Positions 53,901 to 64,000 of a stretch of 64,000 nucleotides of DNA are shown here, piece after piece. Under the pieces are notes generated by a model. The model had not been told where the DNA came from. It was given only the letters and a program-made list of their open reading frames with translations, and did no database searches. The translations under genes were made by a program, and so were the position numbers. Origin of the DNA: Eledone cirrhosa (taxonomy: Eukaryota); the NCBI GenBank assembly GCA_964016885.1, contig OZ024747.1, forward strand, positions 22,692,001 through 22,756,000. Reading direction: 5' to 3'. Numbering within the stretch: position 1 is the stretch's first letter; every line of letters begins with the position of its first letter.

Positions 53901-56900
53901 GTATTGTGTTTATGATAGTGGTATCATTGATGAGGACTCCATTCCTAGCAGTGGTTTATAAAGTGGTATTGTGTTTATGATAGTGGTATCATTGATGAGA
54001 TCTCCATTCCTAGCAGTGGTTTATAAAGTGGTATTGTGTTTATGATAGTGGTATCATTGATGAGGACTCCATTCCTAGTAGTGGTTTATAAAGTGGTATT
54101 GTGTTTATGATAGTGGTATCATTGATGAGATCTCCATTCCTAGCAGTGGTTTATAAAGTGGTATTGTGTTTATGATAGTGGTATCATTGATGAGGACTCC
54201 ATTCCTAGCAGTGGTTTATAAAGTGGTATTGTGTTTATGATAGTGGTATCATTGATGAGGACTCCATTCCTAGCAGTGGTTTATAAAGTGGTATTGTGTT
54301 TATGATAGTGGTATCATTGATGAGGACTCCATTCCTAGCAGTGGTTTATAAAGTGGTATTGTGTTTATGATAGTGGTATCATTGATGAGGACTCCATTCC
54401 TAGCAGTGGTTTATAAAGTGGTATTGTGTTTATGATAGTGGTATCATTGATGAGATCTCCATTCCTAGCAGTGGTTTATAAAGTGGTATTGTGTTTATGA
54501 TAGTGGTATCATTGATGAGGACTCCATTCCTAGCAGTGGTTTATAAGGTGGTATTGTGTTTATGATAGTGGTATCATTGATGAGGACTCCATTCCTAGCA
54601 GTGGTTTATAAGGTGGTATTGTGTTTATGATAGTGGTATCATTGATGAGATCTCCATTCCTAGCAGTGGTTTATAAGGTGGTATTGTGTTTATGATAGTG
54701 GTATCATTGATGAGATCTCCATTCCTAGCAGTGGTTTATAAGGTGGTATTGTGTTTATGATAGTGGTATCATTGATGAGGACTCCATTCCTAGCAGTGGT
54801 TTATAAAGTGGTATTGTGTTTATGATAGTGGTATCATTGATGAGATCTCCATTCCTAGCAGTGGTTTATAAAGTGGTATTGTGTTTATGATAGTGGTATC
54901 ATTGATGAGGACTCCATTCCTAGCAGTGGTTTATAAAGTGGTATTGTGTTTATGATAGTGGTATCATTGATGAGGACTCCATTCCTAGCAGTGGTTTATA
55001 AAGTGGTATTGTGTTTATGATAGTGGTATCATTGATGAGGACTCCATTCCTAGCAGTGGTTTATAAAGTGGTATTGTGTTTATGATAGTGGTATCATTGA
55101 TGAGATCTCCATTCCTAGCAGTGGTTTATAAAGTGGTATTGTGTTTATGATAGTGGTATCATTGATGAGGACTCCATTCCTAGCAGTGGTTTATAAAGTG
55201 GTATTGTGTTTATGATAGTGGTATCATTGATGAGGACTCCATTCCTAGCAGTGGTTTATAAAGTGGTATTGTGTTTATGATAGTGGTATCATTGATGAGG
55301 ACTCCATTCCTAGCAGTGGTTTATAAAGTGGTATTGTGTTTATGATAGTGGTATCATTGATGAGGACTCCATTCCTAGCAGTGGTTTATAAGGTGGTATT
55401 GTGTTTATGATAGTGGTATCATTGATGAGGACTCCATTCCTAGCAGTGGTTTATAAAGTGGTATTGTGTTTATGATAGTGGTATCATTGATGAGGACTCC
55501 ATTCCTAGCAGTGGTTTATAAAGTGGTATTGTGTTTATGATAGTGGTATCATTGATGAGGACTCCATTCCTAGCAGTGGTTTATAAAGTGGTATTGTGTT
55601 TATGATAGTGGTATCATTGATGAGGACTCCATTCCTAGCAGTGGTTTATAAGGTGGTATTGTGTTTATGATAGTGGTATCATTGATGAGAACTCCATTCC
55701 TAGCAGTGGTTTATAAAGTGGTATTGTGTTTATGATAGTGGTATCATTGATGAGGACTCCATTCCTAGCAGTGGTTTATAAAGTGGTATTGTGTTTATGA
55801 TAGTGGTATCATTGATGAGGACTCCATTCCTAGCAGTGGTTTATAAGGTGGTATTGTGTTTATGATAGTGGTATCATTGATGAGGACTCCATTCCTAGCA
55901 GTGGTTTATAAAGTGGTATTGTGTTTATGATAGTGGTATCATTGATGAGGACTCCATTCCTAGCAGTGGTTTATAAAGTGGTATTGTGTTTATGATAGTG
56001 GTATCATTGATGAGGACTCCATTCCTGGCAGTGGTTTATAAGGTGGTATTGTGTTTATGATAGTGGTATCATTGATGAGATCTCCATTCCTAGCAGTGGT
56101 TTATAAAGTGGTATTGTGTTTATGATAGTGGTATCATTGATGAGGACTCCATTCCTGGCAGTGGTTTATAAGGTGGTATTGTGTTTATGATAGTGGTATC
56201 ATTGATGAGGACTCCATTCCTAGCAGTGGTTTATAAAGTGGTATTGTGTTTATGATAGTGGTATCATTGATGAGGACTCCATTCCTAGCAGTGGTTTATA
56301 AAGTGGTATTGTGTTTATGATAGTGGTATCATTGATGAGGACTCCATTCCTAGCAGTGGTTTATAAAGTGGTATTGTGTTTATGATAGTGGTATCATTGA
56401 TGAGGACTCCATTCCTAGCAGTGGTTTATAAAGTGGTATTGTGTTTATGATAGTGGTATCATTGATGAGGACTCCATTCCTAGCAGTGGTTTATAAAGTG
56501 GCATTGTGTTTATGATAGTGGTATCATTGATGAGGACTCCATTCCTAGCAGTGGTTTATAAAGTGGTATTGTGTTTATGATAGTGGTATCATTGATGAGG
56601 ACTCCATTCCTAGCAGTGGTTTATAAAGTGGCATTGTGTTTATGATAGTGGTATCATTGATGAGGACTCCATTCCTAGCAGTGGTTTATAAAGTGGCATT
56701 GTGTTTATGATAGTGGTATCATTGATGAGGACTCCATTCCTAGCAGTGGTTTATAAAGTGGCATTGTGTTTATGATAGTGGTATCATTGATGAGGACTCC
56801 ATTCCTAGCAGTGGTTTATAAAGTGGTATTGTGTTTATGATAGTGGTATCATTGATGAGGACTCCATTCCTAGCAGTGGTTTATAAAGTGGTATTGTGTT

Positions 56901-59900
56901 TATGATAGTGGTATCATTGATGAGGACTCCATTCCTAGCAGTGGTTTATAAAGTGGCATTGTGTTTATGATAGTGGTATCATTGATGAGGACTCCATTCC
57001 TAGCAGTGGTTTATAAAGTGGTATTGTGTTTATGATAGTGGTATCATTGATGAGGACTCCATTCCTAGCAGTGGTTTATAAAGTGGTATTGTGTTTATGA
57101 TAGTGGTATCATTGATGAGGACTCCATTCCTAGCAGTGGTTTATAAAGTGGCATTGTGTTTATGATAGTGGTATCATTGATGAGGACTCCATTCCTAGCA
57201 GTGGTTTATAAAGTGGTATTGTGTTTATGATAGTGGTATCATTGATGAGGACTCCATTCCTAGCAGTGGTTTATAAAGTGGTATTGTGTTTATGATAGTG
57301 GTATCATTGATGAGGACTCCATTCCTAGCAGTGGTTTATAAGGTGGCATTGTGTTTATGATAGTGGTATCATTGATGAGGACTCCATTCCTAGCAGTGGT
57401 TTATAAGGTGGCATTGTGTTTATGATAGTGGTATCATTGATGAGGACTCCATTCCTAGCAGTGGTTTATAAGGTGGTATTGTGTTTATGATAGTGGTATC
57501 ATTGATGAGGACTCCATTCCTAGCAGTGGTTTATAAAGTGGTATTGTGTTTATGATAGTGGTATCATTGATGAGGACTCCATTCCTAGCAGTGGTTTATA
57601 AGGTGGTATTGTGTTTATGATAGTGGTATCATTGATGAGGACTCCATTCCTAGCAGTGGTTTATAAGGTGGTATTGTGTTTATGATAGTGGTATCATTGA
57701 TGAGGACTCCATTCCTAGCAGTGGTTTATAAGGTGGTATTGTGTTTATGATAGTGGTATCATTGATGAGATCTCCATTCCTAGCAGTGGTTTATAAAGTG
57801 GTATTGTGTTTATGATAGTGGTATCATTGATGAGGACTCCATTCCTAGCAGTGGTTTATAAGGTGGTATTGTGTTTATGATAGTGGTATCATTGATGAGG
57901 ACTCCATTCCTAGCAGTGGTTTATAAAGTGGTATTGTGTTTATGATAGTGGTATCATTGATGAGGACTCCATTCCTAGCAGTGGTTTATAAAGTGGTATT
58001 GTGTTTATGATAGTGGTATCATTGATGAGGACTCCATTCCTAGCAGTGGTTTATAAAGTGGCATTGTGTTTATGATAGTGGTATCATTGATGAGGACTCC
58101 ATTCCTAGCAGTGGTTTATAAAGTGGTATTGTGTTTATGATAGTGGTATCATTGATGAGGACTCCATTCCTAGCAGTGGTTTATAAAGTGGTATTGTGTT
58201 TATGATAGTGGTATCATTGATGAGGACTCCATTCCTAGCAGTGGTTTATAAAGTGGTATTGTGTTTATGATAGTGGTATCATTGATGAGGACTCCATTCC
58301 TAGCAGTGGTTTATAAAGTGGTATTGTGTTTATGATAGTGGTATCATTGATGAGGACTCCATTCCTAGCAGTGGTTTATAAAGTGGTATTGTGTTTATGA
58401 TAGTGGTATCATTGATGAGGACTCCATTCCTAGCAGTGGTTTATAAAGTGGTATTGTGTTTATGATAGTGGTATCATTGATGAGGACTCCATTCCTAGCA
58501 GTGGTTTATAAAGTGGTATTGTGTTTATGATAGTGGTATCATTGATGAGGACTCCATTCCTAGCAGTGGTTTATAAAGTGGTATTGTGTTTATGATAGTG
58601 GTATCATTGATGAGATCTCCATTCCTAGCAGTGGTTTATAAGGTGGCATTGTGTTTATGATAGTGGTATCATTGATGAGGACTCCATTCCTAGCAGTGGT
58701 TTATAAAGTGGTATTGTGTTTATGATAGTGGTATCATTGATGAGGACTCCATTCCTAGCAGTGGTTTATAAAGTGGTATTGTGTTTATGATAGTGGTATC
58801 ATTGATGAGGACTCCATTCCTAGCAGTGGTTTATAAAGTGGTATTGTGTTTATGATAGTGGTATCATTGATGAGATCGCCATTCCTAGCAGTGGTTTATA
58901 AGGTGGCATTGTGTTTATGATAGTGGTATCATTGATGAGGACTCCATTCCTAGCAGTGGTTTATAAAGTGGTATTGTGTTTATGATAGTGGTATCATTGA
59001 TGAGGACTCCATTCCTAGCAGTGGTTTATAAGGTGGCATTGTGTTTATGATAGTGGTATCATTGATGAGGACTCCATTCCTAGCAGTGGTTTATAAGGTG
59101 GTATTATGTTTATGATAGTGGTATCATTGATGAGAACTCCATTCCTAGCAGTGGTTTATAAAGTGGTATTGTGTTTATGATAGTGGTATCATTGATGAGA
59201 ACTCCATTCCTAGCAGTGGTAATAATGCTGGTGAAAATATAAAATATCTTTTCTTTTCCTAGGTCATGTGGAGATGATAAGATGGAATGAAGTTTATCAC
59301 AGACTGACAACTAGCGACAGAAATGGACTTATAATTGTTTGGGGAGTCTTAAAAGGTGAGTCATTCTATGTATTTTTATTATTTTTATTATTTACAGGGT
59401 CGATAAAATAAAGTACCAGTAATGCACTGGGATAATTGCTGGCCTTAGGCCAAAAGTAGAAGTAATTATTATTATTACTATGTGTATCCCAGTTTTTAGA
59501 ATAGGTAAACTGTATTCCTGCCTGTTGTAACAGGAAACTAAAAGGATTGTCATCAGAAAGGGCATCTGGTTGTAAAACTCTGTTTCAAAGCATCTTGTCC
59601 AACCATGCCAGCATGGAAAAAATGGACGTAAAAACAATTATGGTGATTTATGATTATGAATATGATGTAAAATTTAAATATGTTTAAATATACAGTTTGT
59701 GTATCTATAATATACAGTTTGTCTCTATAATATACAGTGTGTCTCTATAATATACAGTGTGTCTCTATAATATACAGTGTGTCTCTATAATATACAGTTT
59801 GTGTCTTTATAATAAAATGAGTATAAAACATACATTGTCATAGATAAATGGAATGAAGAAATGATCAACAACAGACAAATAGGAGTACAAGATATGAAAT

Positions 59901-61333
59901 GGACTCACAGTGGTAAAATGATTTGCATTGTTTTTGATGATGGTAAGCTACAATTATTTTATCCCAATTTTGTATTTATCCAGTCCTAAACATTCTATAT
60001 AAGAGTTCTTGGAAAGTTTGGTAAGTTTGCTTCCTGGACACTGCTTATCTTCTGAGATCTGACACAAGCTACAAAATGTTTCCTTTGATTTATTATTTAA
60101 CTTTTAACATCCTGTACCACATGAAACCACATTAGCAAACCGTTCTTTAAAAGCACAAAACACCACTGTGACTGTATCACATAAGTCTATACCCTTATAC
60201 AGTGGTGTATTGGAGGAGCTGTTAGGGTGTCATATTAAAAATACCTCATTATTTATTCCAGCTCCAAGTTCCAATTCTGCCAAGGTCAATTCTGCCTTTC
60301 ATCCTTTCGAGGTAGATCAATATAGAACCAATCTAGCTTTAGGGCTGATCCTTCATATATTTCACTTTTTCTCTAGAAGAAATTGGCTATGTTCTGACTT
60401 GGAGAGGTATGGGCTGAGCTAGGTTTAAAATGCACTAGATATACCAACCACTTTACAGCATTTACTGGGAGTATTTTATTGTGACTCCAGTACCACCACC
60501 TTGCAGAGTTGACTGGTAGGGATGGAGTCACAATAAAAGGCTCCTAGTACATGCTGTAAAGTGGTTGGTATTAGTAAAAGCATCCTTATAAAATAGTATT
60601 ACCTCAGTAAAATACTGCTCTGTCCCAGGAAAAAATTAATTTCCAACAAGTTTATTTTAAACTTTTAAATTGGTAATTTACTGTAGAAGAAAATTTTGAT
60701 TAAATTACTGATTTACTATAGGACAAATTGCCGAAATGTTGAAGCTTCTTTTGCTTCTACATTTTGGTAGCTTCATCATCTTGCTTGCATTGGTTGGATC
60801 AGTTTTTGTTTTTTCATTGAGATTTCTTGGCACATCTTCACCCAACTATTATCATCCATGCACATCACATGTCCATACCAGTATAGTCTTCTATTCTGCA
60901 TTGCTACAGCTGATTACATCTATGCATCTGTATTTTGTCTTTCATACATTGCACATCCATTGAAGCAAGTTTGCTTAATTTCTCTCTAACTTTTGCATAT
61001 CATCTGCATTCACTGCACAGGTCTAACTACCATGTAACATTGTACATTGCACATAGGCATTATACAGAAACCTTTTGTTGTCAATAGAGCCAGTGGCTCT
61101 CTGTACTTTTTCCATCCTGTAATAATCTTTTTAATCTCATTATTTCATGTCAATCTCTGTTCCTTCTGTCTCTTAGGTATGGTGATTGTTGGAACTGTGG
61201 ATGGAGAAAGAATATGGGGTAAAGATCTTGGAGAAAAGAGGCTTTGTAAAGTAGAGGTTTGTTAACTATTTAAGTTTCCAGTTGTATTTCTTAGTAATAG
61301 TTTATATATATATATATAAATGTAAGTATGCAT

Positions 61334-61386
<53 letters not shown>

Positions 61387-61983
61387 CATACACATATATA
61401 CATATGTATGTATGGGTTATATCGAACATTAATAATAATATTTGATTCGTTTGTAAACAAACAGCCCGAGTAAAGCTGTGCCGTGCCAACGACCGATTGT
61501 CATCCGTTTGTTCAATACTGGCAATGAGGAACAATCAACATGTTTCTAGGTCATTACTCTTCATCAGGACTGTATACCTCACTGCCAAATATATAGTATT
61601 TTCTTAAGTTTACATCAATTGAGTAGCTTCATTTGCATACCGACTGAGTTATGGCTGGCCTTGCTGAAAATTAAAAATAAAATTAGAATTTTATTTCTCG
61701 CCCTAGCATATATATATATGAAAACATTCGGCTGAACTCCGGCCGTTTCAAATGGAGCTCAGCCGTCGGGGTCCTGAATTTTTTCATATTACCCACTCTA
61801 CTACCCCAAGTATCGAGTACTGGTCTGACTCGTTTTTACTGCCTCTTTCTACTATTTCAAGCTTTATACTGATATATTCCTTCCATATACTGTACTGATT
61901 GTGTTGTCATTTCTGTTTACATTTTGCATACATACATGTATATATATATATATATATTGAATAGTAAACAATTCACTGGTTAA

Positions 61984-62020
<37 letters not shown>

Positions 62021-63054
62021 GTTTAACGTCCATCTTCCACGCTTGCATGGGTTTGGACGGGAATTTTCCCACTTGAGGCAAGATTGGTTGTCTTGCTCGT
62101 ATAGGACTGTCTGGTGGGTTTTCTACGGCTGGATGCCCTTCCTAACACCAACCACGTTTACAGTGTGGACTGGGAGGTTTTTACCGTCTTACCTACACGG
62201 CCACATTACAGCGTGGACTGTGTGTTTTTTTGTCGTGACACCTACACGACCTCATTTGTTTCGGACTGGATGTTGTGGTACCAACATAACTTTACATTGA
62301 AAGGGGTGGTGTGGATGGGGTGGGGGGTAGTGGGACGGGGGTGTATTTTTGCTAAGAGGTGCCTACTGACTGTAGGTTTCGCTTTGTACTTAGGCAAGGC
62401 GGGTCTTCTGTATTACTGTGTAGCGCCAAAGATCTCGGTCCAGTGACATTGTCTTGGAGAGGTGTTAAGTGTGTGAGGTCGGAATTTATCAAGTCGTCCC
62501 AGGTTTTTCTGGGTCTGCCTACTCCGTGGCTACTGTCTATTTTTGTCGCCCTGCACTTTTTTATACAGCTGTCGACTTTCATGCGCATCACGTGACCATA
62601 CCAACGTAGTCTTCTCTCGAGTAAACAACATCTGATCCCTCTTATTCCTAATTTCTCCCTTAGTTCATTTATGCTTTGCCGTTCACGTATATTACTATTA
62701 CACATCCAACGGAGCATGCAAGCTTCGTTCCTCTCCAGTCTGCGTATACCCTCTGCACACAATGCCCAAGTCTCACTGCTATGTAACATCGCTGTTTGTA
62801 TGCAGGCATCATACAGCCTGCCTTTCATTTTTAGAGAGAAACCTTTAGCAGCCAATAGTGGTATAAGCTGTCTGAACTTTTTCCATCCCGTTCTGACTCT
62901 AGCTACTGTATATAGATAAATATTAAATATAGTCAAGTGTCAAAGCTTTTATTAACATTTCTTATTTTTGCAGTGGTCTCCTGATGAAAAGATTCTCCTT
63001 TTTGGCTTGACAAATGGAGAAGTAACTGCTTTTGATAACATGGGTAACCATATT
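44591..63054 (+). CDS. WDR35: WD repeat protein 35 / IFT121 (IFT-A complex), exons 1-7, 3'-incomplete
   Basis: Exons 44591-44614, 46672-46789, 48745-48816, 59263-59355, 59844-59942, 61177-61256 and 62974-63054, all phase-compatible. Protein [44 protein letters not shown]...[36 protein letters not shown]...[10 protein letters not shown]...[25 protein letters not shown]...[17 protein letters not shown] is colinear with the WDR35 N-terminus. Confidence 0.96.
44737..44749. promoter_or_regulatory. RFX X-box-like motif in WDR35 intron 1
   Basis: GTTGTCATGGAAC (13-bp X-box form) about 145 bp downstream of the ATG. IFT genes are established RFX targets. Confidence 0.5.
45803..46083. repeat. Degenerate pentamer-based satellite (TTACA/TTACG/ATGTG/TAACG, about 35-bp higher unit)
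   Basis: Repeated TTACAACGAGTTACGTTACAATGTGTAACGTTACA-type blocks in WDR35 intron 1. Confidence 0.85.
46125..46590 (-). mobile_element. RTE LINE 3' fragment
   Basis: ORF 46211-46480 MLRWMC...[12 protein letters not shown]...RGRPRKKW is the RTE RT C-terminal signature; (GAT)n tail at 46125-46142. Confidence 0.85.
46803..47420 (+). mobile_element. Three tandem tRNA-derived SINE copies immediately after WDR35 exon 2
   Basis: Copies at about 46803-46980, 47007-47200 and 47215-47420. Each has TGGCAGTAT (box A), GAGTT(C/G)AAATCC (box B) and the central GACTTTGCCTTTCATCCTT-CGGGGTCGATAAAATAAAGTACCAGT domain. Confidence 0.85.
48003..48175. mobile_element. Tc2/pogo-like MITE (about 170 bp)
   Basis: TA-CTGTATTTCCAGGCATCAAAGACGC ... 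GCGTCTTTGGTGCTGGGAAATACGG-TA. Confidence 0.75.
48311..48521 (+). mobile_element. piggyBac-like MITE, family A
   Basis: CCCTTTAGCATTTA ... TAAATGCTAAAGGG-TTAA; the left TTAA is lost. Confidence 0.75.
48852..50402 (+). repeat. 38-bp minisatellite, about 41 copies, at the 5' end of WDR35 intron 3
   Basis: Unit TGTGATATTGTTGGTT(A/G)TA(T)TGATAATATAGCTTTGT(A/T); no spacers. Confidence 0.97.
50403..50710 (-). mobile_element. CR1-type LINE 3' fragment
   Basis: ORF 50521-50709 ...[21 protein letters not shown] is the CR1 RT C-terminal signature. Related 3'UTRs with (ATT)n tails occur in the opposite orientation at about 47590-47740 and 47830-47970. Confidence 0.8.
51291..59220 (+). repeat. 65-bp minisatellite, 122 unit lengths (7930 bp), at the 3' end of WDR35 intron 3
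   Basis: Unit TTATAA(A/G)GTGG(T/C)ATTGTGTTTATGATAGTGGTATCATTGATGAG(GA/AT)CTCCATTCCTAGCAGTGGT. The span is 122 x 65 and register is maintained throughout. Confidence 0.98.
59690..59812 (+). repeat. 20-22-bp tandem repeat, about 6 copies
   Basis: TATACAGT(G/T)TGTCTCTATAA repeated just upstream of WDR35 exon 5. Confidence 0.9.
61531..61573 (-). ncRNA. Minimal type I hammerhead ribozyme motif (Penelope-like element type), probably decayed
   Basis: Minus strand: ACAGUC-CUGAUGA-AGAGUAAUGACCUA-GAAAC-AU-GUU-GAUUGU. Both core boxes, palindromic stem III (AACAUGUU), an NUH triplet (GUU) and a 6-bp stem I are present; stem II is imperfect. Confidence 0.6.
61984..62910 (-). mobile_element. RTE LINE 3' fragment (about 0.9 kb) with (GAT)n tail
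   Basis: ORF 62352-62936 ...[20 protein letters not shown]...MLRWMC...[12 protein letters not shown]...GRPRKTW; (CAT)n on plus at 61984-62020. Confidence 0.9.
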
Positions 63055-64000
63055 GTGAGTCGATATTTCTCTGTATTCTACATTATTTTATTCATATCCT
63101 CAAGTTTCTGCTTATGTGCATATATGAGAACTATTAACCTTTTCATTACCATATTTCTAATGAAAAACACTATTTATGATTTTCAAATAATTTGGGGAGG
63201 TAGGTAGTAAACATCATCATCATTTTACGTCCACTTTTCCCTGCTTGCAAGGATGGGACGGGTCCTATTCAGCACAGCATCTCTCCACTTGTCATGGTCC
63301 TTCATCATTTCCTCCGTGAGTTTCAGCGATCTCATTATTTATCTAGTGCAACATTTTTTTGCCCATGGATTTCTTAGATTCCTATTTTACTCTGGTGGGC
63401 CTCCTTCGATGTTTAAAAAATCCTATTTTATTTTTATAGTTATATATTATTAGGAATTGTAAAAAATAGTTAAAATATTTTGTGTATTGTAAAAGTATAA
63501 CCAATTTATTGCACATAAACTCTAGCAACTAACTAAATTCTATGGAAAATGAATGTTCACTAGTAAAATAAGTCATACATATACAAATTATGAAAAATAT
63601 ACATTGCTACATCACCCTGATGATTCTATGCGATTCCAACGAGTCTATAAGTTTGTGACAGACTTTTAACTGGTTCATATACATCTTCTGTTTTTCTACT
63701 ATTTGCAAGCTTTTAGATAAATTAATTATTATTTATTATAACAGAATTTTATTTTTTTTTATCTTCCCAGAATTTTATCTTATTTATCTTCTTACACTAT
63801 GTAAAATCAACTAATTTTATCATAAACTTTTTTTTTTCCCATCAAAGTCTCAGCTAAACATTTTGTCCAATATCTGTACCTCAGCCCCACTGAAATTAGT
63901 TGTTATTGACTGGTTCAAAGGCAATTACAGAGACCCTTCACAAGCTTCTCTATTGATAGCTTACAACCATGGGCATATTAGATTGATGAAATCAGAAACT

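Noticed and set aside
51291-59220. CRISPR-like array or repeat-encoded protein/snoRNA cluster
   Set aside because: The units are contiguous with no unique spacers and the context is a eukaryotic intron with no cas genes. The 65-bp unit is not a multiple of 3 and hits stops. TGATGA is present but there is no CTGA box D.

Overview
AT-rich, intron-rich animal genomic DNA. The repeat complement of tRNA-derived SINEs, RTE LINE tails with (GAT)n ends, and TA/CA microsatellites suggests an octopod cephalopod; this is inference. Almost none of the supplied ORFs are real genes. Reading splice sites by hand gives five genes: (1) the first coding exon of a kinesin-13 (KIF2A-like, minus strand, remainder left of the window); (2) complete RPLP1 (minus, 5 coding exons, 116 aa); (3) a complete C8orf34/VEST1-like gene (plus, 18 coding exons, about 504-515 aa); (4) complete RPL30 (minus, 4 coding exons, 116 aa); (5) the first 7 exons of WDR35/IFT121 (plus, runs off the right end). 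Genes 2-5 form two consecutive head-to-head pairs. Each pair has a ribosomal-protein gene with a TCT/TOP start and the same TCACGTGATAAT element, facing a cilia-type gene with an RFX X-box-like motif. Introns hold three large minisatellites (47, 38 and 65 bp units, the last spanning exactly 122 unit lengths), piggyBac-like and Tc1/mariner-like MITEs, SINEs, LINE remnants, a Penelope-type minimal hammerhead ribozyme motif, and an unexplained 33-nt motif duplicated in two RPLP1 introns. All homology calls come from memory of the protein families, not from database searches.
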